Assembly: GCA_036172245.1 (NCBI GenBank)
Contig: JAYWIR010000013.1
Span: 868,001-932,000, forward strand
Direction of reading: 5' to 3'
Length of the DNA: 64,000 nt
DNA from: Raillietiella orientalis
Lineage: Eukaryota
In this document: piece after piece, positions 28,001 through 40,380 of the stretch
How the letters are laid out: every line of letters starts with the position of its first letter
Numbering within the stretch: the first letter of the stretch is position 1
Made by a program: the position numbers and the translations under genes
The notes under the pieces: generated by a model
Told to the model about the DNA's origin: nothing
The model's database searches: none
Seen by the model: the letters and a program-made list of their open reading frames with translations, nothing else

Positions 28001-28843
28001 CCTTTTTGGTATTTTCCTCTATCTGATTTTTGATCAGAGGGTCTATAAGTGCTTCCAAGTTGGCAAGCAGCCCTCCATCGTCTCCTTCTTCCAAGGGAGG
28101 CATCTCGGATAATGGTCTCACCGAGGTATCATCCTCTTGTTCCTCTGCTCCCTCAGCATTCCTTTTATGACTTTGTTCTTCAACTGTATCAGAGCCAGGA
28201 GCTTCCATCTGCATCATGCTTCCTCCGCTGGCAGGCTGCCAAATTCGTGCCAAATTCAATGGCTTAGCAGACCCTTTCTGGTTGGAAAGACTATGCCGCA
28301 CCCTGGTCTGGTACAGACAAACCTCGTGGGCACTCGTACCGTGACCACGGGGGCAGGAGAGCAGAGCTCCCCCTCGAAGGTCTTGTTAGAAGTATGTGAG
28401 CACTACATTTCCTACACTTGTATCTTACTGACATATCTTCCGCTCTATGTAGGCTCAAAATATGTTTTCTCATTTTCTGTATCTGCTGTCGAACCAGTGC
28501 TGCCCTGCATATGTAGTCGCAACCTGCGACGCCACAGGCCAATGCGGGAACCAATGGGTAAAGGAAGGTGACCGCGCGTGTTTGCGGGTGCCAATCTACT
28601 TTCTCCACGATTTCCAAGCCTTCTTCTGTTTCTTCCATTTTGCTTTCGATGGTAACCCTGGGGAGCGTATGCATACGACGTTCGATATGGACAAAGGGGC
28701 ACGTTGCCAACCCCTTCGGGTATATTGTTTCTACCTTGGCACTGTCCTAGCAACATCTTCCAGATTCTTTCTTTTAAGCGATATAAAAAGGCACCTTCAG
28801 GAATCGACTGTATGCACTTTCCGGCCACGGCTTGGCGAGTACA
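25001..28843 (-). mobile_element. RLE-type non-LTR retrotransposon (NeSL/Utopia-like), near full length, disrupted by frameshifts and stops
   Basis: In order on the minus strand: N-terminal zinc finger (FLYP..ACGVAGC..H..H..YKCRKC); RT motifs SSPGDDGI, FIDFANTFGTVSH, GVKQRCPLSSLLF and AYADD; SLWSKGRKASRR; YRFIHAARLNLLPLN; CCHC knuckle CQRCG..ETLSHVLNRC..RHDAV; RLE nuclease LRPNLV..VLDISCPFENG; GAWDPEND; stop at 25086-25088. Confidence 0.92.
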
Positions 28844-28944
28844 TACCGAATAGGGATTCTTTGTAGAATAAAAGAAATATTCTTTGGTAATAAAAGCCTT
28901 CAAAGGCACATAAGGATGTCAAATCCGCCACGACAGATAGTTCT
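28844..28944. repeat. Direct repeat copy 2 flanking the RLE element
   Basis: Same sequence as 24915-25000, except that 18 nt (28868-28885) stand in place of a single base. Confidence 0.95.
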
Positions 28945-29479
28945 CAGAAGGCATTGAGAGATCTGACACTAATCACACAATGCCCTCGCATCTTTACAAG
29001 GATGTAACTAACCAGTGCAATCAAAATTTTCTAACTGATAGACAAGACCTAGTTTTATTTCATACTAACATCGATTCTTACCAGCAGAGATAGGGACGAA
29101 ATGAATTTCGATATCCCTAGATTTCAGGAAACTATTGGAGATACAAGACATACGTTCAGAGTTTCAATTAAAACCGTCTTTAAGCAGGCAACCGACTGGA
29201 TCACAGCCAGCAACATACGGACCTAAGAAAAAAGCTATTAGAGCATGCTCAGGATGTTTGCATGTGCTACAGAGAAATAAACCTTGCATTTGTGCCTTAA
29301 TTCTGAGGAGAAAACGGATAAAATCACGGAATACTCTCGAAACCAAAAGGTTGAATACACCAGAATAGCTAGTCCTCTACTTATCTTCATAGATCCTTCC
29401 TTCCTTTAATTCAATTGCAAGCAAAATTCGAAGTGGGTCCCTTGTAAGTTTGTTTTTAAGTTGATGCAATGCGAAAATT

Positions 29480-30800
29480 GAACTGACAAACTACGCACCG
29501 AGTTCATGACCGCCTTCTGCAGAATGGAGAAGACGACAAAGACGAAAGTGGAACAGCTCCAGCGGAAGACTCTCTGGAGAGAACACAAGCCGCAGGTGAG
29601 GCTGGAACTTTTTTGCCTCCTGCGAGAGGAAGATGGGATCGGGACGAAGTCGCTGCAGCGACTCGTAAACAGTGTGAATGCGCGACAACTCCTGGATCTT
29701 GCCAACGACTGGGACCAGTGTTCTTATGCGGCGCAGGCAGAGGCTACTGAAACTGGTCAACAGCTCGAGAGGATGATGTCAGCTCTAATAGGCAGACACG
29801 GAGACTGGAGGAACATCGAGTCCATGTGGAAGAGGAAACAGGCACCTGCGGTGTGACTCACCGCTTCAAGATGGTGCCTCGAAGCAAGGAATTGTGACAG
29901 GAAAAACTGGCCACGGAGATTCCTTGTTTCGTAAGGATCTCTCGGGAGAACTAGAAACGGATGATCCAGGGGTCAGGAATGAGGATTCGTGATGGCGAAC
30001 AGTTTGCCACGAGCGGCAACTGCCACAGAATGCAACTGTATCGCGGCATCGCGAAAAGAATTGGAAGCTTCAGTCACAGGACCAGCGAGCTCCGGAAGCA
30101 TCAAGCGACCAATGCGTGGCGCCTGATCACCAGAGCCAAGCTCCGCCAGGAAATGAAGGAGGGCACCAACGAGATGACGCACTGGACAAGGCCGTCAACT
30201 GCATGTGGAACGTGAACCCACTAGCGGTTGGCACAAGGACACGGAGGAGCGACCTACCACCAGACATTCAGGATGACCACCTCAGGCACTGTCACGGAGG
30301 CATCTGGAGTGGCTCCCGACTGAAGCATTGGACTGGCAGCAGCCAAGACGAGCTCTGCAAGGGCTATGGAGATAGGGAAACCCAGCTTGACGTTTTCGCC
30401 TGCTCGCTTCTGCGCCAGGATTGGACAACGCTGAAGGCAATGACCGGCCTGCAGACGAAAATGAAGATGGACACCTTGGCGGGAATGTTTGAAGGGAACC
30501 GGAACGTTCCCCGATACAATCCCATGTTCCGCGCCATCATCGTCCTTTTCATCACTAGCATCACGATAAGAAGGGCAAAGATGCGGAACATCGGAGCGAT
30601 AGAATCTCCCATGAACATCACCCAGGGAGTCATCAAGAGGGAGGCGGGGATCAGGAACTGCAGCAGAGAAATCTCCTGGACTTACTGCTACATCTTGAAG
30701 AAGATGGCGATGTGGCCCAAGCGAGTGGACTGCCCGCCAGACCCTAGTGAGCCACTCTTCAAAACAGAGAAAGTTTCTTTTGGAAAGTGGACAAAGTAAC
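29480..30800 (+). mobile_element. Degenerate L1/Tx1-like LINE 3' fragment (different lineage)
   Basis: QLQRKTLWREHKPQVRLELFCLLREEDGIG resembles the post-RT FLW..P..GG.G block. A decayed zinc finger LCKGYGDRETQLDVFAC..DW follows. Confidence 0.55.
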
Positions 30801-31639
30801 ACTTGGAGACTTGTGTGCAAAAGCACTTGAAAGAGTATCTGCCAAACTGATTGTCTGAATTGTATTCTTAGTCGTTATTTAAATTCACCCTCCGCAAGTC
30901 GGACTGGGGGCAATGATGCTTTGTATCTAACGCAGTTCAAATCCTATTCGGTCAGTTGCACCAGTTAATCTGACCGGGCAATCAATTTCGCATCTCATCA
31001 TTTTGACCTCCATTCGTTTCATATGCACCGAAAAACACTGTCCATTATATCATAAGAGATTATAACCGGGGTCCTTTTCAAATATTTTTAAAATACACGT
31101 CGATTACTTCCATTTTTTATTCTTTTCGATCATAAAGCGAGATTTCTAAAAAAAAAAAAAAAAATACAGTCCTTTTACCATTAAAATAAAAATAATTGGT
31201 AGTACTAAATAAACTCAACTACAATGAACTCATAAAATAACCATAAATGATCTACAGCATGTTCTCTTTCCTAGGCTCTTTTCTTTTTTTCCAACGTGAT
31301 TTTAAAAATTGTAAGAAAAAACAGACAGTTATTGGAACTGTGAATGCGTAGGATGCCAGCAAAAAGTAAAATGTTAGAAAGTAGAGTCTTGGTGAACAAA
31401 AACTCCGGGAAGTACAACGCCAAACTCAGTTCATTAAAAAGGAAATGAACCTAAAAGTGCAACTTGAGAACTTTAGGAAGTTCACTCAGTTACGTTGAGA
31501 GGTGAGAGAGAGAAGAGGAATCGCCCTGTTGGCCTTCACACGGAAAACACTCTGTAACTCCCTTTTAGAACGTCAGGGAAAGGTCAGCAGGGATCATTTA
31601 GGGAAAAATTTCCAAGTTACCAAATAAATCGACTTCCCA

Positions 31640-32090
31640 CTGTAATAAGGTTCATACTGCAATCCCCTGAACCTACAAGAAGGAAAAAGCTAGATCAGTG
31701 AAACAAGGCACTTGCAACGAAGTGATTAGCAGGAAAGACCTTTTTCATCGGGAAAAAACTGAAACCAAACATGGAACCTTCGAGCAATTCGAGTACTCGA
31801 AGATAACCTAAAAAGCTGTTTGGAATGAATGGCCGTTACTTTCCAAACAAACTGCATGCTATAAACCCTGAACACGAATTTTATCCTGCAGACTGTAGTC
31901 GGGAGGTGTAGAATGCTAAATTCCCCCCAAATTATGGATCTACAGTTAGCTTTCTTTGCACTCGGGTTATGCTTTGAATAGGGCACAACAAATCTTCGAA
32001 TTATGAAATGCAATGCTGGCAAAATGCAAAAACCCGAATGGGTCAACGAAGACGCTCAGATTTATTTGAGAATCGTCTGAAACACAAGAT
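31640..32090 (+). pseudogene. Possible decayed sushi/CCP-domain coding fragment
   Basis: NYGSTVSFLC, then (frameshift) GLCFE*GTTNLRIMKCNAG..PEW, fits the CCP pattern G..V.F.C..G.....G.....C....W. It carries stops and frameshifts. Confidence 0.3.
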
Positions 32091-32425
32091 CAAAAACCAT
32101 TAGCTTATACTAGTAATTTGAGGAACTTTGTGTGTGCACTTATGAGAAGAATCACTGATCTTACAACTAAATTAGCTGTAAGATTTACGGATTTGAAGGA
32201 TATCAACAATTCCGGATTTTCAAGGATTTCGAACATGATGTCTGGTTAAGCTGGCTAAACTGTAGCCATCAGAACGAGTGGTTATGAGGATATGGCAGCC
32301 CACACTGAGGCAAAGTTTCGCAAAACAGAATGCCCAAACGGAATTATGCACACAAATATTAATATAAACCATATATCAAGGTATTTTTTAAAAAACTAGG
32401 GCATTGAACATTCACTTGAACATTG

Positions 32426-32578
32426 AACATGCTTTTACTTTAAAAAAAATAATAAGTAAATATTTCACAAAAACATACATTAACGTTGAAGTGTCAATGT
32501 ATGTTTTTGTTTATGTGATATTCTCGAATAAATGTTTTAAAGGAATATAATTCATTTTTTTTAAAGTAAAAGCATGTT
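32426..32578. repeat. Nested fold-back (MITE-like)
   Basis: An outer 25-bp perfect inverted repeat (32426-32450 / 32554-32578) encloses an inner 15-bp perfect inverted repeat (32467-32481 / 32496-32510). Confidence 0.85.
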
Positions 32579-33498
32579 TAGTATTATGATATTCGCTACC
32601 ATCATTTGAATATGCATACATGTTACTAATACAGTAATTATGCGAATGATGTACATCACAAATTACATGCTTTCAATTAAACCCACGTTTACATTTATCA
32701 CATATAATATGGATAAATGACTCTATTCATATTGATTTGGCAATGCACTTAAAACATTTGTATGGTTTAAAACGATCATGGATGGAAAGTACAGGTGCTC
32801 GCACCCACCCAAACACTGAGATAATTAGAGAAAGTGAAGTAATCCCTTCAGAAGCATGGCAACTTGCCCCATAATACTTGTTACTGAAATACGGCCACGA
32901 AGAAATTTTACCTGCAGCTAGCAGATCTTGGCATAAATATTACCCCTGTGCTAGGCATTTGTGCTCCGGACTGTCGTGCATGTTGGGCCGGTGAACTTGG
33001 TCGTAACGAATGCAGTCAGTAAAAACGCTGCTGTCACTTCACGGAGTTACAGTAATGAACCAACAAAAGATGAAATTAAATTATTGCCCGGCACAATAGC
33101 ATAACACCTGGATTTCCTAACTGAATGCAGGGTTTCCACAGTGTATTAGGCAACCCTGCCGGCACTTGCATTTTTAAGTCTTTCCCGTGCAAGAATTCAA
33201 TCGCATTAAATGAATCAACATAAGGACGTCGCTAAATTTTCTGATGTTGCCTAAAGCCATGGAGGTTCTGCGCAATTTGACAGAACCGGGTAAATTAATT
33301 CATATACAAAAATCCACATGAAATCCTTGTGTAAATATATGAAAGGAATACAATTCACCAGGAAGTACACAAATGAGACTACAACTATTCTCTTAACACT
33401 TATTTTTATTGTAAATGAAAATTTAGGATATAGCACGTTTCCAAGGAAATTGGGCCATTATCATTATTCAAGCAAATGCTTAAACACGATATTCAGCA

Positions 33499-34105
33499 TT
33501 AATTGGGACTCTTTATACCAATTACTCCACATCCCACACGAGCTCCTGAATTGCCAGTAGTTTTACTCAGTTCGTGTCCTCCTTTTCCAAGATCATCTAT
33601 GTCAGCATGTACCTAAAAGGAATTTGCAGTTTACTATTTTACACAGTTCTTTAAACATACCACTAAAGTTCTTCCTATTACACCATGTGGCCCCTCCAAA
33701 GATATTTGTTTATCCACCATGTTAATGTGAGCTATTCCACTCTCATCAGCATAAATATTGCCTAGATCTCCTACATGTCGGATTTCATCTGCAGGACCAC
33801 CATGATCCTTGTTTGTTGGATTGAAATGGGCTCCAGCGCTGATGCACCCTTTTGCTAAACATTAGAAAAAAAAAAAACATTATTAGATTCATTCAAACCA
33901 TTTGTAGTATCTCCAAATTCATGAACATGAAATCCATGAGGCCCTGGTTTAAGTCCACTTATCTGACCATCTACAGTTACCTGCCCATTATGTTCCTAAA
34001 ACTTACAATTATTCATTAAAAAAATACTTCAAAACTAACCGACTGTGAAAAATTCACAACTCCGGATACGGAGTCTCCCTTGATCACGCACACGGCTTTG
34101 GCCAT
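33499..34105 (-). CDS. SOD1: Cu/Zn superoxide dismutase, 154 aa, 4 exons
   Basis: Exons 34105-34040, 33995-33899, 33848-33661 and 33612-33499 total 465 nt, with GT-AG introns of 44, 50 and 48 nt. Translation: [11 protein letters not shown]...[26 protein letters not shown]...[18 protein letters not shown]...[37 protein letters not shown]. The Cu/Zn His/Asp ligands, the disulfide Cys pair and the catalytic Arg are all present. Confidence 0.97.
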
Positions 34106-37100
34106 TTCTGTTATGTTGTGCTCCAAATGAAATCAATCAACCAAGTTCCGACAATTCTGGCCAACTCCGGGCCAAAACACTATCGCTGAATGCACTGAAA
34201 AAGGTGACAAGTTTTCATATACACAGGATTACATTGCAAAATGATTGCACACTCAATTCCATCCGAGTGAAGCTTAATTTATGAAAAAGCCACCTGAAAT
34301 ACTGATGAACATTTAACTTTATGTCTAATCTGACCGCCACGATGGCTACTGAAAGATATTTATGAAAAAATTTTCATCGACCTTTACATGAAAACGGAAC
34401 CATGAAAGGATGCGGTGACTGGAAGTATACCAAATTGTCTCAAAATTTCCAAATCACTCACCACTTGCGTGAGCACACTCACCTCGAAAATTGAATGGTA
34501 GACCGGACGACCTACAAGCACTGGTGCCAGGCTTCCTTAGTTCCGTTACTGCCATAAAACAAAATAAAATACTTGTTGCACATTCGGTCGATTTTTAAGT
34601 TCAGCACTAAAGGTTTCGCAGATTTTTTTATAGCGAAAATTTCACTAGCAGCCACTGTTTCATTATCAAAAATTCTTTATACTATACGCTGTGAGAGTAC
34701 GTATTAATGCATTTAGCGATTTAGATCATAGGTGAAGCAAAACAGTTTCCATACTTGATTAGCAAAATGATTTTGTTTTCTTGTTCTATGTGATTAACCT
34801 GCAAAAATTGAGTGACAACATAGAATGAAAAATGTATGTTACTTAGAAATAAAGAAGAAGCATTAGCATACGAATAAAAATTTCTAAGAAAATATGCATC
34901 AAATTAGCTTTCAAATGCTGTATCGATAATTTTTAACCAGAAAGAGAATTAAGCATGGATTAAGTAGACTAATTTAATTATGATGCATAAGAAAAGTTAT
35001 GCAACTTTCATATCAGTTTCCTTAATTACGGTATGATCCAGAAATGCAAAAATATTGTCTTCAATATTTATATAATTCAGAATTTTATATTTTTAAGAAG
35101 AAATTGTGAATTTGCTATTTCCTCTTTATTTGAAATCACCGTATAATTATTAGTTACAATTCATGACTTTGTTTCTTACTTTGTTTTGTTGGAATTTAGC
35201 TTGCTTGAATTGTAAAAATATATGGATGTTTGAGTATAGAGAAGGTCGCATAACTTTTCGCATATTTTCAAGTTCAAGGTAGGAGCCGCAACTGTAGGAA
35301 GAAAGAAAAAATTGTCTAAATCATGCCAACCATTTAAGCAAGCAAATTTATCTTATAATGGAACAATGCATAGATTCTCTCATCTGCATATAAATGTATG
35401 TCCTCTATCTGATAATTCCCTGCATCATGCTGAATGATTTTATTCTGTGAGCTTTATATCTCGCCCGAGTATTCAAAATAGGGTCAATGCACTCTTTCAT
35501 GAATGAAAGGTGGTTTTTCTAGACATTCTAACTTACAGTCCAATTCTAACATAATGTGTTAGCAGCAAACGAAGTTTCCTGCTCGATTCTCCAGGGTGTT
35601 TCGGTCTGCGAATGAGAACAAAAAGTATATCTTATCCGAGGGCTTAAGTGAACCCCTTTCTACTTTTATTTTTTTTACTTATAATCCACAAATACTGACA
35701 AACAATTCTTATAACAATATAACAATTCTTCTCGTTACTTTTTTCTTTTTTTTAGCTACCCTTTCCATTGTAAATATTTCCATTTGAGATTAATGAATGA
35801 ATCCTTTGATACCTCAGATCCTCCATGGATATTGAATTTGTTTTCTCTTTTCCACCATTTTTCTTTCTTCAAATGGTATAGTAGTTCCCTTTCCACAAAC
35901 CAACGTAGGGATTCTAAAAATGGTATTGAAACGCCTGTTCCAGTATGGATGTAAGTCTGCTTCCAAAGTTCACTTTCGATGTTACTATTCCAAATCCCTT
36001 TTTTTGTTTTCTTTTTTAACCCTCTTGTTAGAAATTTTGACTCTAGAAGGATGAACGAGCTGATTTATGTTTCTTGACGACAGTGTCAGTAGTGTTTCTA
36101 AAGTGAATCCAACTCAGTTTATACTTTTTCGAGCAATTTCATCCTTCAGGCATGTTCAAAATTGGAATATAAGTAATTATATGACCATATGTTTTCCTTA
36201 TCACAAACATGAAAGAGCAGTTTCGAAAAAATGAAGGGATGAGCCCATGAAAGGACTGTCCAGGGTTGCTATTGTTCTAAGGAATGTTACGGGCACAACG
36301 GGTTCAACGGCCTATTTGAGTAACGGTAAGGAGAATCACCCTGCTAATCCCGGTGATGGAGCTCGTTATATTACCTTCTCTCTCTTTAATTTTTTTTTTT
36401 TCAGAAGCAGAAGTGAGAAATGGGAAGCAAGATTTCTCAATTCACCACTTTTCAGTGATGAGTTGAGAAATCACCCTTTCAAAGACTTATGCATCTCTCA
36501 CGGACACGAAAGAAGCGGTGAGTAAGAGTGAATCAAGTAGGCAATTTAACATTTACCCAGAGACCAAACTTGTTTCGTTTTTTTCCCTCGTTAGTAAACA
36601 AATAAATAACAGTTTTATTGTTTGCTGTTTTGTACTCCAAGATTCAAGAATTTCACAAGTACTGCAAAGATAAGTTAAATGCACACGGTTACCACGCTCA
36701 GATTTCAAGATCTGGAAACAAAACATCAATGGTTACTGATTGATATGTACTGATGATTGCATTTCAATACCAAAACGCTTCAAAAGATTGGATTTCCTTG
36801 AAATACGAAAAAGAAAAAAAAGATGATCTGATCCATTCCTTTTTCATGGACACTGTACATAGTAACCAGAAAAAAAAGAATGATTTCCTGCTTTGGGGCC
36901 TGGCAATAGGCTCCTACTTGCCAACTATTCACTGAGCATGTGAACATTGTGCATGACCCCATGACATGCTTTGTCCTCCATCCCATACAGACTTTTGAAA
37001 ATGCACGGGTAACCTCTTTCGTAAGAATTGTCCGCGTGATTTCAAAAATATTTCTCTGGTTGACCGTCACAGGCGGAAGCTTGCAACCTACCTGACCGTG

Positions 37101-40100
37101 TGTTTACTGGAAAAACAAAGAAACGCCCCGAAGCCTCAGGACTCTGAGAAAGAAAAACAGGATTTCTGCTTCAGAACACAGACTCGGAAGATTCAGCCAA
37201 CGGGACACGCCGAGAAGGCGCAGGCAGAAGTCCCGGGGTGAGGTCGGGCGTGTGTTCCGAGATGCCTGGGCAGGCCGGGGCCGGCGAGCGTCCACACGAA
37301 AACAGCGCGCAGCTGGGATGGGGGGCGGGAATGAAGCGACAGCGAGGAAAAGGTGGTTGAAAAATCGTTGCCCCCAAAGATGCAGGGGAGCAAGTGAGGG
37401 CGGGAAGGCGCGCCAAGTGAAGGGTTGAGGAGGGAACCCCTACAGAAGAGGTCGACCTCTCCTCCACCTTTGCCCGTTCTTCAGCAGAGGGAACGCGTTT
37501 CTCCCTTGCACCCTTCATACGTAACGTTTACAAATTTACAATGCATTTCATCGTGAACAGATAATTCGCTCGACATTATGAATTTCCGGAAGAGCTGCAT
37601 TGAGAACCAGCAATGCTGATCTGAAAATGCCGCCGAACGCTAGAATGGAATGTTCCATGAATTGCAGTCAGCTATGGGAGCTGTAGAATCAATTGCAAGT
37701 GACCTGAATTTACAATGCGCCGATATTCGCCAACACGTGAGTTTCTTAGAATCGGCACCTATTTCTTCTCATACTGAAGACAGACAAACCAGATTTGCAG
37801 CTAATATTTGCAAAGACCCTGAGCTTTACCGCAGAGTCTTTATTATAGCTTGCACTTTTAACGAGAACGATTCTCAATCTGGGTAACCAACTTTGTATTT
37901 GCAGTTTCAAGGCTCTTGTGCTGGAATTCGTCCCTTTCAACCTAGCCGTCCTTAGACAGTCTAAACGACCCTAGGTCTCCCTTTTGCACGGTCAGTTTTA
38001 CTTTCCACACGTACAGATCAAAACTGGCCAAAGAAGTGGTACCATATGTGTGACTTGGTTGACCCTGATTGATAAGCACTGTGGCGATAAATGTTTTTTG
38101 TCAAACACGACTCATTCATTGAGAAAGGTCAGCACTTGCGGAGAATTTGGAGCCGTCACCCGAATCACGTCACGTACTATGTTTAAAAAACTGCTCATTA
38201 CTTTCCAAATTTCTCATTAATCGAATGAATGGGTCTATTCGAACAAAAAAAACCCTGTGAAATCAGTTTCCTTTTTATTCTGGGTTCTGATAATGGTTCC
38301 TCTCGGTGTCACTCTCACAATCTCCTAGTCGGCTTGAATGGCCATTCACTGCATACTTAATGAGTTCAGTCAATGAGACTTGGCAACGTGGAAGAATTCA
38401 TTTCCCTGTGATTGTGCACACCGGTTTAAAGGGACTTCCTTCACACATAAATCCTTCCGAAACGCCTGGATTTTTTGCGTGCTCATGACTACTGAAACAT
38501 TAGTGACATGCATGATGCTCAGTCCAAACATCCAGATGGTGCAGCATACCAAGTTGCCTCTGGATCTGGAGATTACGTGTGATCTTAAAGGCACCGCAGA
38601 TCGTGATTGCTGCCAACAGGAATCGCATTCTGCCGTCTTCCCTTGGACCAAACACATCATCCTGCTACGCAGAAACTGACTGATGCAGCACAACCTTGGG
38701 TTCGCAATTAAGGAGTTTGCCAACCGTTGCAATCACATACTGGACACATCTCATGAGGCTGGAATATGAAAGTTCCTCAAAATAAAGGATGGGCAGCTGC
38801 ACTTCGTCATTTGACAAATGTTACGGCAGGTTCTGCATAAAATTTCCTTGAATGCAAAATTTGTTAGAAGATTTTAAACTGCTCTTTTTCCCCACGAGAC
38901 TCTCGCTCACTGGGAAAATGAGCCACAGAGGCAGAGATCAAGCTACACATCTCATTTTTTCATAAAGGTTCGCCATTTTCGTTCGTGAATGAGAGACCTA
39001 CGAGTCATCCCCCATGGCCTCCGTCGCCAGAAAGTCACTGAAGTTCTCTGCTCTAATTCACACATCCCCCCTCCCCCTTCCATAATTTTCATGAGATTAT
39101 TGAGCTAGTCATGGATCGATAAATAGCTAGTTTAGATAGGCAGACGAGAAACTCTTCGATAAAATAAAACCACAACACCTTGATTGCACAACACGATGAA
39201 GTGATTTTCTTTTCCTTTTTTATCGACTTTCAAGGTGAAAGCCCCACCTAATGGCGTTCCTTTATTTTTTATGTTGCAAGAAATTATTTACTTGCTTCAG
39301 AGATGTTTGAAGGGGACTGCATTCTTTCCCCGGAAAACGTGCAGAGAAGCAGGATCCGCAGCTTCGCCTCCTCTGACGTACCGTGAGTTCTGACGGAGAA
39401 GCGCAGAAGATGGATACCACTAATCCTGCCTAGTCAGGTCACTGGTACCTTACGGATATCCTTCAGACATATCACGGATCCATGAATTTCTTTCTTTCTT
39501 TTTTATTAACAGTTCCAGTGAGTTCAAAATCCTACTAGACAGATGGACCACGGGCAACCACCCGAGTGTGACTGCCTCACGCAGCTGATTATCCTATTCA
39601 TCTTCATAAGTTTTCCTCTCCAGCAAATGGATCAAGCACCAGTAGCCACAGAGTTGGAAAGACTTTCTTCGGGCGTTCCGAAGCCCTCAGTGGCCACTTA
39701 ATGGTTACTTGGGGAGATACTTCAGAAACGTTAGTGCCACGTCTAATTTTCCTAACACCATATATAAACGCGTAAAGCAAAAGAAACAAAACATGCAGGG
39801 TACAAGATTTGGGCAACACCTGACCGTGCCCTTTGTCTTTGTCTTTAAAACCTCTGAGGATTTACATCTATGGAAACTGAACATGATCTGCTTAAATAAA
39901 CAGCTCACCACGGATAATATAGGCATATTTACAAATGCAATCACAATTACAACTTGAATTTCATTTTCTTAATATTTTTGGCACAGACATCGTATTTTTA
40001 CCTGTGAATGGCATTGCGTTTCACCATTTGTGAGATTTTAAGAAGGTAAGATCGTAAAGAAAAAAAAAAAATCATCGGAAACGGAACAGAAACCAAAGTG

Positions 40101-40380
40101 CAAAAAAAATTCAACCTCCAGGTCTAAGAAAAGGGAGTGAAGAATGCTGGACTTCAATCTTTCCAAAACATTTTCACGTAAACAACTGAGGATCAAAAAT
40201 ATATATATTTTTTACACTGAAGATTGAAGTCGCACGATAAATCCGCGGCAAGATCTTTCGCTTTACTCATCTCTTCCAAAACACATTCTTACATAACACT
40301 CGAGTCTATTAAATGAGTCTATTGGGAAGGAACCTGGGTCGGATCAGGAGGAAATCATGACTCCAAAATGTCGTAAAATG

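Noticed and set aside
29030..29050. U2 snRNA target remnant next to the Utopia-like element
   Set aside because: Only a short gapped resemblance (aactgatagacaaga), with none of the diagnostic U2 5' sequence.
36247..39700. Protein-coding gene between SOD1 and CENPS
   Set aside because: Some good splice signals exist (e.g. 36404-36517), but no phase-consistent ORF or recognisable protein could be built.
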